From positions 224,001 to 288,000 of the forward strand of contig CBDDCX010000005.1 in NCBI GenBank assembly GCA_965226375.1: a stretch of 64,000 nucleotides of DNA, read 5' to 3'. The notes below the pieces were generated by a model. It searched no databases. It was given only the letters and a program-made list of their open reading frames with translations, and had not been told where the DNA came from. Shown here piece by piece: positions 8,822 to 18,289 of this stretch (position 1 is the first letter of the stretch; the number at the start of each line of letters is the position of its first letter). Source of the stretch: Longimicrobiales bacterium. GTDB lineage: Bacteria; Gemmatimonadota; Gemmatimonadetes; Longimicrobiales; Gaopeijiaceae. Position numbers and translations under genes: made by a program.

Positions 8822-11488
8822 CTATTCGTTACGAAGGGCTTGGACCGGGTCGAGCCTGCTCGCTCTGAGGGCCGGTAGATAGCTGGCGGCCAAGGCCACG
8901 GCCCCGAATAACGCCACAACCGAGCCGAGCGTTACCGGGTCCGTTCCACTGACGCCGAACAGCAGGCCCGTCATCACCCTTCCCAGGGCCACGGCTCCCA
9001 ATAGACCCACGGTTGCGCCCAGCGCAACAGGAACGAGGGCCTGACGGACCATTAGCGCACGTACCTGCCCACCCTCGGCGCCCAACGCCACGCGAAGTCC
9101 GATCTCTCGGGTTCTCTCCCCCACGGCGAAAGAGACTACGGCGAAGATCTCCACTGCGGCCAACGTGAGAGCGAAGGCGGCAAAGACCGAAAGGACGCCC
9201 GCCGCGATCCCTTGTGGCGCCGTGCTCAGGACCAGCACGTCGTTCAGCTTCTGGATCCGATAGATGGGTTGATCCGGGTCCATCGCCCTCACGGTCTCGC
9301 GGATAGCCGGAATAACGCTGAGTGGCTCCACCTCCGTGCGAACCAGCAGGAACATCTGGTTGGACCATCCGGGCATCTGCCGGTGGTTCGCGAACACCTC
9401 GGGCGCCGGTGCCCGAGCGATCCCCTGGTTGATCGTGTTCCCGACAACTCCCACGACCTCGAACCAGGGATCTTCCGAGTCGGCTCCTGAACGGATGCGC
9501 GATCCTATGGGGTCCCGACCGGGGAAGAGCAGTTCGGCCGCCGCATCGTTGATGACAGCCACCGGAGGCGAACCCTCCACGTCGAGGTCATTGAAGCTCC
9601 GGCCACGCTGGAGCGGAATGCCGAGTGCCCCGAAATAGCCTGGGCTCGCGAGCGTGGTCATCGTCATTGGCAGCTGGCCTTCTTCAACCACCTCCAATCC
9701 TTCGGCGGCGATTCGATTCCAAGCGAAGTTGATGGGCGGGAACTGAGCGCCTCGTCCTACGGCCTCGACGCCGGGGATGGCACCCACCCGCTCTTCCAAC
9801 TCTTGGAAGAACGCTCCGATGGCCGGTCCGTCGTACTCCTCCCAAGGCAGCGTGAGTCGCATGCTCACGACCTGGTCGGGCTGGAATCCCGTCTCTGCTG
9901 AGTTGAGGTGCATCACGGTGTTCACCAGGAGGCCGCCTCCCACGAGAAGGACCAGCGCAAGTGCCACCTCCACGACGACGAATGCTCTCTGGAGGCGCAG
10001 GCGGCGCACACCCGAAGTCGCCCCGGAGCCTTCGGCCTTGAGTACCTCCTGGATGTCGGACATGGAGTGCTGCAGGGCCGGGAAGAGCCCGAAGAGAATG
10101 CCGGCCGAGACGGAAACGACGGCCGAGAAGACGAGCACCCGTGTGCTCAGCTCGACCGCGCCCGCCAGGAAAGGCTGCCGGCTCGCGATGTCGGCCAGCG
10201 TAGTCGTGCCGAAGTAGGCCATACCAACGCCGAGGACACCTCCAACAAGAGCCAGTGCGACACTTTCCGTGAGGATCTGTCTGATCAGCCTGATGCGTCC
10301 GGCGCCGAGTGCGGTACGCACGGCCATCTCCCGTCGCCGGCCCGACGAGCGCGCCAGGATCAGGCTCGCGACGTTGGAGCAAACCAGCAGGAGGACGAAC
10401 CCCACGGCCCCCATCAGAACGAAGGCCGCGAGCTTGAAGGTGCGCACGTTGGCCTCGGTCCAGGTGAGGGCGCGCATGTGCCAACCCTCGTACTCCTCCA
10501 TCTCCGCCAGATACTCCTGCTCAACTCTTCGGGAGATGCCTTCTAGCTCGGTGTTGACCTCCGCCATGCTTGATCCGTCCCGCATGCGCGCCATGACCTG
10601 CCACTGCCGCCGCTGGCGGGGGATGGCTTCCGGGCCCACACCCATGGGAATCCACAGATCCATTCCGTAGATAATGGTGCGGGCTGGCATGATTCCCACG
10701 ACCGTATACGGATTGCCGTTCATGCCTATCGTATTGCCAACCATGTCGGGATCAGCTCCGAAGCGGGTCTCCCAGACCCGATGACTCAAGACGGCCACGC
10801 GATCTCCGCGCAGGGTCTCCTCCAGGGTCATGCCCCTGCCCATGAACGCCGGCAGGCGGATAGTCTCGAACGCGTCACCCCACCAGAAGCCAGTAAACAG
10901 GTTCTCCGTGACGTCGCCGAACGAGACCTGTCGATTCCCCATGTCCCACGCCACTACTTTCTCGAGGGTGCGAGCCTGATCCCGTATGTCGATGTACTCG
11001 GGTGGGGAGATGTGCTCGACGAAGCTGAGGTCTGTTCCAAGCTTGGGGAACTCCGTGCCCACGGCGATGGGCCGGTCGGCTTCGGGAAAGGGGTAGGGGT
11101 GGAGAATCAACCCGTCGACCACGCTGTAGATGATCGTGTTCGCCGCGATGCCCAAGGCCAGCGTGAGGATGACCAACGAAGCGAAGGCCGGGCTCTTCCG
11201 TACCCCGCGAAGGGCAAAGCGAAGGTCGTGAAGGAACGTGGACATCATGCCGTCTCCCATCTTCCCCGAGTGGCGGTTTTCTGCGGCCCGATGGGCTCGT
11301 TGTAGGAGCGTGGGGCCGAGTGACTTGATGACTTGGGCGCGGTACCACATACGAGCCTCGAACAGGCTCCGCTCACCCAGAACGTGGTCGTGGAACTCTT
11401 CGTCGAGATCCCCCACCATCGCATCGCCATGCACGCTGCCGGCGCACTGACGGAGGACCCAGCGGGCAATCGGTGGGGGATATTTCAC
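8822..11488 (-). CDS. Duplicated MacB/FtsX-type ABC permease (ADOP family)
   Basis: Permease-prefix GDLDEEF, DLRFALR, LTLALGIAANT, two FtsX halves (RRREMAVRTALGA, RTREIGLRVALGA); GTGA coupling to padR. Confidence 0.92.
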   Translation of the reverse strand: MKYPPPIARWVLRQCAGSVHGDAMVGDLDEEFHDHVLGERSLFEARMWYRAQVIKSLGPTLLQRAHRAAENRHSGKMGDGMMSTFLHDLRFALRGVRKSPAFASLVILTLALGIAANTIIYSVVDGLILHPYPFPEADRPIAVGTEFPKLGTDLSFVEHISPPEYIDIRDQARTLEKVVAWDMGNRQVSFGDVTENLFTGFWWGDAFETIRLPAFMGRGMTLEETLRGDRVAVLSHRVWETRFGADPDMVGNTIGMNGNPYTVVGIMPARTIIYGMDLWIPMGVGPEAIPRQRRQWQVMARMRDGSSMAEVNTELEGISRRVEQEYLAEMEEYEGWHMRALTWTEANVRTFKLAAFVLMGAVGFVLLLVCSNVASLILARSSGRRREMAVRTALGAGRIRLIRQILTESVALALVGGVLGVGMAYFGTTTLADIASRQPFLAGAVELSTRVLVFSAVVSVSAGILFGLFPALQHSMSDIQEVLKAEGSGATSGVRRLRLQRAFVVVEVALALVLLVGGGLLVNTVMHLNSAETGFQPDQVVSMRLTLPWEEYDGPAIGAFFQELEERVGAIPGVEAVGRGAQFPPINFAWNRIAAEGLEVVEEGQLPMTMTTLASPGYFGALGIPLQRGRSFNDLDVEGSPPVAVINDAAAELLFPGRDPIGSRIRSGADSEDPWFEVVGVVGNTINQGIARAPAPEVFANHRQMPGWSNQMFLLVRTEVEPLSVIPAIRETVRAMDPDQPIYRIQKLNDVLVLSTAPQGIAAGVLSVFAAFALTLAAVEIFAVVSFAVGERTREIGLRVALGAEGGQVRALMVRQALVPVALGATVGLLGAVALGRVMTGLLFGVSGTDPVTLGSVVALFGAVALAASYLPALRASRLDPVQALRNE

Positions 11489-11823
11489 GGTGCTCTCGAT
11501 TCCCCGGCAATCTCCACGCCGTCCCACATACGGTCGAGCATGCCTCGAGATCGTAGGAGCGCGTCGCCTCCCTCCGGTCGGAGCTCGAAATGGCGGCGCG
11601 ATCTTCCGCCACGTACGGGCGTGACGTCTCCCTCCCACGATGTCAGGTAGCCCTTCTTCTCCAACCGTTCCAGCGTGGCGTAGATGGCACCTATGGAGAC
11701 GCCTCGGCCTGTTCGTTTCTCGATCTCGCGGCGGATCGACATGCCGTAGCCGTGGTCCTTCAGACGCCGCACCGCAAGCAGGACCACCGGCTCGAACTCT
11801 CCGAGGAACGTCCCTTTGCTCAT
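11485..11823 (-). CDS. PadR-family transcriptional regulator
   Basis: LGEFE, YGMSIRREI, GAIYATLERLEKKG, GGRSRRHF; directly upstream of the ADOP gene. Confidence 0.92.
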   Translation of the reverse strand: MSKGTFLGEFEPVVLLAVRRLKDHGYGMSIRREIEKRTGRGVSIGAIYATLERLEKKGYLTSWEGDVTPVRGGRSRRHFELRPEGGDALLRSRGMLDRMWDGVEIAGESRAP

Positions 11824-12033
11824 GTCTGACCCTGGTACAGGTGGCGCCCCCTTGATCGAGGGCCGTGCTCAATACATGTCCTACAAACTAGAACTAATCC
11901 AGAAAAAAGAACTCCCCCTGTGGGATAGGACGCGGAAACGACCGAAGGGGTTTCAGGACCGCAGATGCAGGGTCAGAATTCAACGTCCGTTTTCCGGTGG
12001 AAACCCGGATGGGGATATCTCAGATTGTCAGTC

Positions 12034-13095
12034 ATGAATACACATACGCTACCCGGCCGCGGCGAGATGATTGCCGCCTTCCTGTCACGAGACGGGTCCT
12101 ACGACGGCGTGTTCTTCACCGGCGTGCGCACCACGGGCATCTTCTGCCGCCCAACCTGCTCCGCCAAAAAACCACGCAAGGAGCACGTCGACTTCTATCC
12201 CACGACTCGGGAAGCCCTCCTCGCGGGATTCCGTCCGTGCAAGCGGTGCCGGCCGATGGAGCCGTCGGGGTCGTTGCCGGACTGGCTCGACACTCTCATG
12301 AAGGACTTCGAAGCCGAGCCCGAGCGGCGCTGGACCGATCGGGATCTTCGTAGTCTCGGGCTCAGCCCCGAACGGGTTCGCAGGTGGTTCCAATCGAACC
12401 ACGGGATGACGTTTCATGCGTACTCACGGGTGCGCCGGCTAGGCTTGGCCTTGGGTCAGATCCAGCAGGGATCGGGCGTCAGTCGAGCCGCCTTCAGCAC
12501 GGGCTACGAGTCCTTGAGTGGATTCAACGAAGCCTTCAAGCGCTTCGTGGGACAGGCACCCCGGGACGTGAAGAGCTCGACAGTCGTGACCGTGAACCGC
12601 ATCCCCACACCCTTGGGCCCCATGGTCGCCGGGGCTGTCGACGACGCTCTCTGCCTGCTGGAGTTCGCGGACAGGCGCATGCTCGAGACCCAGCTCGTGC
12701 GGCTGCAGAAGCACCTGGACTGTGTGTTCGTTCCGGGCACGAGCGACGTCTTCGATCGGCTGGCGTATGAGCTGAACGCCTACTTCAGGGGCGAGCACAC
12801 GGAGTTCAGCGTCTCCCTGGTCACTCCGGGTACGCCCTTCCAGCAGCAAGTGTGGGCCAGCCTCCGGGCCATCCCCGCCGGCACCACCAGGAGCTACGGC
12901 GAGATCGCGAGAGAGATCGGTCGGCCCACCGCCGTCCGGGCCGTGGCCCGTGCGAACGGCGACAATCGAATCGCCATCCTCATTCCGTGCCATCGTGTGA
13001 TCGGCGCGGACGGAAAACTCACCGGGTATGGCGGCGGGCTCTGGAGAAAGCAGAGGCTATTGGACGTGGAGGCGGGGCCCGACTGGGAGTCCTGA
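12034..13095 (+). CDS. ada: Bifunctional Ada regulator / O6-methylguanine-DNA methyltransferase
   Basis: FCRPTC and FRPCKRC Zn site, AraC HTH, IPCHRV active site. Confidence 0.95.
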   Translation: MNTHTLPGRGEMIAAFLSRDGSYDGVFFTGVRTTGIFCRPTCSAKKPRKEHVDFYPTTREALLAGFRPCKRCRPMEPSGSLPDWLDTLMKDFEAEPERRWTDRDLRSLGLSPERVRRWFQSNHGMTFHAYSRVRRLGLALGQIQQGSGVSRAAFSTGYESLSGFNEAFKRFVGQAPRDVKSSTVVTVNRIPTPLGPMVAGAVDDALCLLEFADRRMLETQLVRLQKHLDCVFVPGTSDVFDRLAYELNAYFRGEHTEFSVSLVTPGTPFQQQVWASLRAIPAGTTRSYGEIAREIGRPTAVRAVARANGDNRIAILIPCHRVIGADGKLTGYGGGLWRKQRLLDVEAGPDWES

Positions 13096-13100
13096 CGGAA

Positions 13101-13134
13101 AGCCCGGCTCGACAGATTGGCGTCGAGCCGGGCT
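13101..13134 (+). terminator. Hairpin after ada
   Basis: Perfect 13-bp stem AGCCCGGCTCGAC/GTCGAGCCGGGCT; no U-tract. Confidence 0.5.
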
Positions 13135-13318
13135 AACCGTGGTGCTTCAAGCCTCCGCGCTCGGTAAAGGCCCCAGCCTGAGGTGGGGTCCAGCATAGTC
13201 GATGCCCGCCCCACGCGAGGCGAGGATGTCCGCTCCCACCCTGAGGTCAAGTGACGTCGGGGGGCGTATGTTGGGATCCGGCATTTTATCCAACCACCCC
13301 GCTTGGAGGCCACCCGCC

Positions 13319-14965
13319 ATGGATCTTCCCACCCTCAGTCCCCAGACAGTCAAGGTCGCGACCTGGAGCGAGCTAGAGGACAGGCAGCCCGCGTACGCCC
13401 TGGTCGAGAACGTCGATCTGGTGGTCATCCGTTACGATGACGCCGTTTCCGTGCTGTACGGCCGCTGCCTTCACCGCGGCGCTCTTCTCTCCGACGGACA
13501 CATCCGTGGGGAGAGCCTCATCTGCGGGGTGCACAATTGGGACTATCGCTACGACACGGGTGTGAGCGAGTACAACAACGAGGAGGTGCTCCACAAGTTC
13601 GGTTCGTGGATCGACACCGAGCAGGACGCGGTTTTCGTGAGTGGCGACGAGGTTCGCGAATGGGAAGCGACGAACGTCCAGCCTTATCGCCGTGACGAGT
13701 ATCTCGGCCTGTACGCCGATGTCCACGGCACTCCTGTGGAGCCCCACAACGGATACATCCAGAGGCTCGCCAAAGGCGGCATCGAGGGTGTGGGCCACCA
13801 CGGGGTCGTGTCCGCCATGGGGGTTCCCCTCACGGAGCTGCCGCGCTGGGACGACGTCCAGATTCTGACTGCACAGTTGGCCACCCGGCCCCTGGTTGAC
13901 GAAGATCCCGTGGGTACCGATGTGGTCATCGGCCCTATGGCCGGGAAGCCTCTACGCCTGGCGATGCCCATGTTCGTGAGCGACATGAGCTATGGGTCTC
14001 TCTCGGAGGAGGCCAAGGTCGCGCTGGCAACCGGCGCCGAGATGGCGGGCACGGGCATCTGCTCCGGAGAGGGCGGCATGCTCCCCGAGGAGCAGGCGGC
14101 GAACTCCCGGTACTTCTACGAGTTGGCGTCGGCTCGCTTCGGATGGAGCCTGGACAAAGCGTGCTCTGCGCAGGCCTTCCACTTCAAGGGAGGGCAGGGA
14201 GCCAAGACCGGAACGGGTGGGCACCTGCCTGGGCACAAGGTGATGGGCAAGATCGCTGAGGTCCGAGGCCTGGAAGAGGGCGTGCCGGCCATCTCTCCAT
14301 CGCGCTTTCCCGATCTCGTGACCCCGAGCGACTTTCGGGAGATGGCGGATCAGATCCGAGAACGAACGGGGGGTATTCCCATCGGCTTCAAGATGTCCGC
14401 GCAGCACATCGAGGCCGACCTCGACTTCGGGCTCGAGGTGGGTATGGACTACGTCATTCTCGATGGCCGGGGCGGTGCCACCGGTGCGGCTCCCGAGATC
14501 TTCAAGAACAACATCTCGGTGCCCACCATGGTGGCGCTGGCACGTGCCCGCCGGCATCTGGACTCGGTCGGAGCCGACGGCGTCACTCTCATCATCACCG
14601 GGGGCCTTCGAACGGAGTCGGACTTTATCAAGGCGCTGGCTCTCGGCGCCGACGCCGTGGCGATCGCCAACTCCGCGATCCAGGCCATCGGCTGCCTCGG
14701 AATGCGCGCCTGCCACACCAACAACTGCCCCGTGGGTATCGCCACCCAGAAGAAGAACCTCAGGTCGCGCCTCATCGTGGAGGAGTCGGCGCGGCGGCTT
14801 GCCAACTACCTCACGGCTTCGACGGAGCTCATGAAGGTCTTGGCACGAGCCTGCGGGAAGAACCATGTGTCAGAGATGAGACTGGGCTATCTCACCACGT
14901 GGAAGCGGAACGTGGCCGAGCTCACAGGGATTCCCTTTGGCGGAGTGACTCCACCTTCGGAGTGA
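13319..14965 (+). CDS. Rieske [2Fe-2S] + FMN-binding glutamate-synthase-family protein
   Basis: CLHRG...CGVH Rieske ligands; MSYGSLS, SGEGG, GQGAK, CLGMRACHTNNCPVG. Confidence 0.9.
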   Translation: MDLPTLSPQTVKVATWSELEDRQPAYALVENVDLVVIRYDDAVSVLYGRCLHRGALLSDGHIRGESLICGVHNWDYRYDTGVSEYNNEEVLHKFGSWIDTEQDAVFVSGDEVREWEATNVQPYRRDEYLGLYADVHGTPVEPHNGYIQRLAKGGIEGVGHHGVVSAMGVPLTELPRWDDVQILTAQLATRPLVDEDPVGTDVVIGPMAGKPLRLAMPMFVSDMSYGSLSEEAKVALATGAEMAGTGICSGEGGMLPEEQAANSRYFYELASARFGWSLDKACSAQAFHFKGGQGAKTGTGGHLPGHKVMGKIAEVRGLEEGVPAISPSRFPDLVTPSDFREMADQIRERTGGIPIGFKMSAQHIEADLDFGLEVGMDYVILDGRGGATGAAPEIFKNNISVPTMVALARARRHLDSVGADGVTLIITGGLRTESDFIKALALGADAVAIANSAIQAIGCLGMRACHTNNCPVGIATQKKNLRSRLIVEESARRLANYLTASTELMKVLARACGKNHVSEMRLGYLTTWKRNVAELTGIPFGGVTPPSE

Positions 14966-15006
14966 CCCCGGCTGTCGGAGTAATCCTACTTCGGCGAGGC
15001 GCACGG

Positions 15007-15870
15007 ATGAAGCTCGAAGCCGTTCCCTGGAAAAAGCTGGGTGGGGTCGATCCCGATGATCTGGCATTGGCGCGGGTCGAGCTTCACGGCTCGGTGCAGC
15101 CCCTCGCGTCCTTCGGGCAGGCCTACGTTGAGCCTAGCCCGGACTACAGCCATCGCAGCATGACCTGGAATGCGGAGGAGTCGGCCTTTTTCTCCGAGCC
15201 GACGGGAGGCTCATCGCCGTTGCGAGTGGCTTTGAGGCCCCGAGACGTGACCCTGTCCATCCGGGTAGGAGGTGTTGTCGCCGCTGAGCGCTCGTTGGTG
15301 GGTGGCACGCTGGAGGAGACCTACCGTTGGCTCGAGGACGAGTTGCACGCGATTCAGGGGGGGCCGCGCGTGGAGCTCGGCCGTCGCGAGAACGTGACTC
15401 CGCCCGGTCCGGTGGCCTACGGAGCCCCGTTCTCCGGTGTCTCGGAGGATCAGTTGCTCGAACTCGAAGCGTGGTTTGGCAATGCCGAGGCGATCCTGGG
15501 GGCGGTGCGGTCGGTCCGACCCGAAGCGACACCGGTGCGATGTTGGCCTCACCACTTCGACATCGCTACGCTCCTGATTCTCGATCGGCAACTCGGTACG
15601 GAGGTCGGCCGTAGCGTGGGCGTGGGGCTGTCTCCGGGCGACGAGGGGTTTCCGGCGCCCTACTTGTACGTCACGCCCTACCCCTATCCGGATGCCGTCG
15701 ATCTGCCGCAGTTGCCGGGTGGGGCACATTGGCATCGCGAGGGTTGGGTTGGCGCCGTCATGACTGCCAATGCTCTCATCGCGGCGGGCGGAGCGGCGGA
15801 TCAGGAAGAGGCTTGTCGCTCGTTCCTCGAGACCGGGATCGGTGCGTCCGAGGGGCTGCTCGCCGAATAA
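15007..15870 (+). CDS. Conserved hypothetical protein (DUF5996-like)
   Basis: WPHHFDIA, GLSPGD, PYLYVTPYPYP motifs; follows the upstream gene. Confidence 0.6.
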   Translation: MKLEAVPWKKLGGVDPDDLALARVELHGSVQPLASFGQAYVEPSPDYSHRSMTWNAEESAFFSEPTGGSSPLRVALRPRDVTLSIRVGGVVAAERSLVGGTLEETYRWLEDELHAIQGGPRVELGRRENVTPPGPVAYGAPFSGVSEDQLLELEAWFGNAEAILGAVRSVRPEATPVRCWPHHFDIATLLILDRQLGTEVGRSVGVGLSPGDEGFPAPYLYVTPYPYPDAVDLPQLPGGAHWHREGWVGAVMTANALIAAGGAADQEEACRSFLETGIGASEGLLAE

Positions 15871-15882
15871 CCGAACCGAGTA

Positions 15883-17166
15883 TCAGGACCGGGCTCTCTT
15901 GAGCACCGATCGAATACGGGTCACGAGCTGTAGCGGATCGACCGGCTTTCGCAGGTAGTCATCGGCCCCGGCCTTCATGAGGCGCTTTTCGTCCTCGGGG
16001 TCCGGTGACCCTGTGAGGATCACCACCGGCAGCGCCGACGTCTTCATCGACTTCCGAATGCGCTCGAGGGTCTCCAACCCGTCCATGCTCTTCATCATCA
16101 GGTCGAGGAGGATGCCGTCGATGTCCTCGGCTTGCTGAAGGAAGGGGATGGCCGAGGTGCCATCATCGGTCTCGGTCACCACGAACCCGTTCTTCTCCAG
16201 GACCGTCCGCATGAGCATGCGACCGCCGGCATCGTCGTCGACGATGAGGATGTGCCCTTCGTTAGTTGCCGTGGTCGGCTGCCAGTCTCGCTTCTTGGGC
16301 GTGGAGGGTGCCGGCGCACCGTCTCTCTTGAGCTCCAGCACGAGGTGCCCGGCGGCCGACGGTACCGTATGAACCAACAGCTCGTACTTCGCATCGGAGA
16401 TGAGAAGGGGGATGGTCCCGGACTGCCGTTCGGTCCCGCTGTGCGGGAGGTCCGCAAGCGTGCGCAGCCGATCCACGACGTCCGCCATGATCTTTAGCGG
16501 GACGCGAACAAAGGTCTTGAGTTCGCCGTTCAACTCGAACTGCACTCGTCCCACACTACCGCGGGGCGCTACGTGAATCTCGGTCGCGCCTTGCTTGGAC
16601 GCTTCGTAAAGGATCAATCGCTGCACCTTTACGGTCGCTTCGGCATGGTAGGGGATCGTGCCCTCGAAGTCGGGGTCGAGCTGTACCTGGCTGTGCGCCT
16701 CGTCGAGCTGATCACCGCCGATGGTCTCCCGAGCGCTGACCTTGGCCTGAGAGTACGCCTTCTCCCGAGCGTCGGAGAGTTCTTCGGGCGGGGCCACCTC
16801 GAACACCGTGCGGCGGCTGGAGAGGAACCCCACTTCACGCTCCGCCTCGAAGTCCAGCGGATCGGAGGTGGCCACCACCAACTCGCGATCGGTGACCCGG
16901 AGGGGGAAGACCTTCAGTCGCTCCGCCTGCTCCTTCGGAAGGAACGAGAGGGCCGACGGATCGGCGGCGGACAAGTCCGCCATGGACAGACGAAGAGCCT
17001 CACCAACACCCTCTGCGAGCTTGTCCTGGGAGATTCCCAGGAAGTCGGCCACCCAGGGCCAGGCTCTGTCGACCGGAGTATCGTCGGCCACGCCTGAATC
17101 CATGGCGTCTCCGAGCCCCGCTCGCATCGCGATCGTTGCGAGCCAATGAACCGAGTGGTCACTCAA
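15883..17166 (-). CDS. GspE/PilB N-terminal domains fused to a response-regulator receiver (no ATPase)
   Basis: LVVATSDPLDF, ATEIHVAP, then ILIVDDD/LLDLMM/ILTG/RKP; TTG start after GGGAGG. Confidence 0.8.
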   Translation of the reverse strand: MSDHSVHWLATIAMRAGLGDAMDSGVADDTPVDRAWPWVADFLGISQDKLAEGVGEALRLSMADLSAADPSALSFLPKEQAERLKVFPLRVTDRELVVATSDPLDFEAEREVGFLSSRRTVFEVAPPEELSDAREKAYSQAKVSARETIGGDQLDEAHSQVQLDPDFEGTIPYHAEATVKVQRLILYEASKQGATEIHVAPRGSVGRVQFELNGELKTFVRVPLKIMADVVDRLRTLADLPHSGTERQSGTIPLLISDAKYELLVHTVPSAAGHLVLELKRDGAPAPSTPKKRDWQPTTATNEGHILIVDDDAGGRMLMRTVLEKNGFVVTETDDGTSAIPFLQQAEDIDGILLDLMMKSMDGLETLERIRKSMKTSALPVVILTGSPDPEDEKRLMKAGADDYLRKPVDPLQLVTRIRSVLKRARS

Positions 17167-17213
17167 GAGGCGCCCTCCCCGTTTCTTCCATGCGTTGAAT
17201 GTTTTTGCGTGAA

Positions 17214-18278
17214 GGGGGTATTGCCTTAAGTCCACCGCCCACTACATGTTGTGGTCATGGCGGTTCCGGCTTCTCAGCTCCGTGGCGGCGTGGACTATCC
17301 CCGTACGCGGCTGGAGTTGGACGAGTTCTTCCCCGACGATGCGGCATGCCTGGAGTACGTGGAGGGTCTGCGCTGGCCGGAAGGGTTTGTGTGCGTGGGC
17401 TGTGGCGGGTTGGGAGAGGTCTGGCGAGCATCGCGGGGGCGTCTCGTCTGCCCACACTGTCGAAGGCAGACCTCGGTGCTGGCGGGAACCGTGTTCCACC
17501 GCACGCGCTCGCCCCTGCGTCTGTGGTTTCTCGCTGCCTGGGAGCTCACGAGCCAGAAATACGGAGCCAATGCTCTCGGGCTCCAGCGCGTGCTCGGACT
17601 GGGAAGCTACAAGACAGCGTGGGTCTGGCTCCACAAGCTCCGCCGGGCCATGGTCCGACCGGATCGCGACCAGCTGAGCGGCGTTGTGCAAGTGGACGAG
17701 AGCTATGTCGGGGGCGTGGAGGCTGGAGTGCGGGGCCGCGAGACGATCAAGAAGGCCATCGTCGCGATCGCCGCCGAGGTCGACGGACGCAAGATCGGGA
17801 GAATACGGCTGCGTTGGGTGCCCGACCTCTCCGCTCCGGTTCTGCGAGGCTTCGTCAAGGATAGCATCGCACCGGCAAGCACGGTGCATACCGACGGATG
17901 GCCAAGCTATCAGGGACTCGCCAAACTGGGCTTTCGCCACACGGTCACGAACCTCTCGACCTCCGGCGATCCCGCTCACGTGCTCATGTCGGCCGTACAT
18001 CGGGTGGCGTCTCTCCTCAAGCGCTGGGTCCTCGGAACCCTCCAAGGAGGGATCGCCCGCGAACACCTCCCCTACTATCTGGACGAGTTCACCTTTCGCT
18101 TCAACCGACGCACATCCCGGGCTCGCGGCCTGTTGTTCTACCGCTTGCTTGAGCAGGCTGTTCAGTGTGCTCCCACGCCAGCTTCGGCCCTTTACCTCGG
18201 CACCGGACGTGGGAAACGGCCCGCAGAGCCCCGGTAACCACTATATCTTGGGGTCGGTGGACTTAAGGGAATACCCCC
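17214..18278 (+). mobile_element. IS1595-family insertion sequence, copy 1
   Basis: 23-bp IRs (GGGGGTATTGCCTTAAGTCCACC, 1 mismatch) flanked by TTTGCGTGAA direct repeats. Confidence 0.95.
17251..18237 (+). CDS. IS1595-family (ISXO2-like) transposase
   Basis: Zn ribbon, HKLRRAM, VQVDESYVGG, HTDGW, YLDEFTFRFNRR. Confidence 0.95.
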   Translation: MVMAVPASQLRGGVDYPRTRLELDEFFPDDAACLEYVEGLRWPEGFVCVGCGGLGEVWRASRGRLVCPHCRRQTSVLAGTVFHRTRSPLRLWFLAAWELTSQKYGANALGLQRVLGLGSYKTAWVWLHKLRRAMVRPDRDQLSGVVQVDESYVGGVEAGVRGRETIKKAIVAIAAEVDGRKIGRIRLRWVPDLSAPVLRGFVKDSIAPASTVHTDGWPSYQGLAKLGFRHTVTNLSTSGDPAHVLMSAVHRVASLLKRWVLGTLQGGIAREHLPYYLDEFTFRFNRRTSRARGLLFYRLLEQAVQCAPTPASALYLGTGRGKRPAEPR

Positions 18279-18289
18279 TTTGCGTGAAA

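Noticed and set aside
11878..11894. GTCCTACAAACTAGAAC as a PadR operator
   Set aside because: Imperfect palindrome with a single occurrence; plausible but unverified
17167..17235. N-terminal extension of the GspE-REC ORF (and 19356-19502 of the DAK2-DegV ORF)
   Set aside because: These extensions start inside the IS terminus or target repeat; downstream starts fit the domain boundaries better
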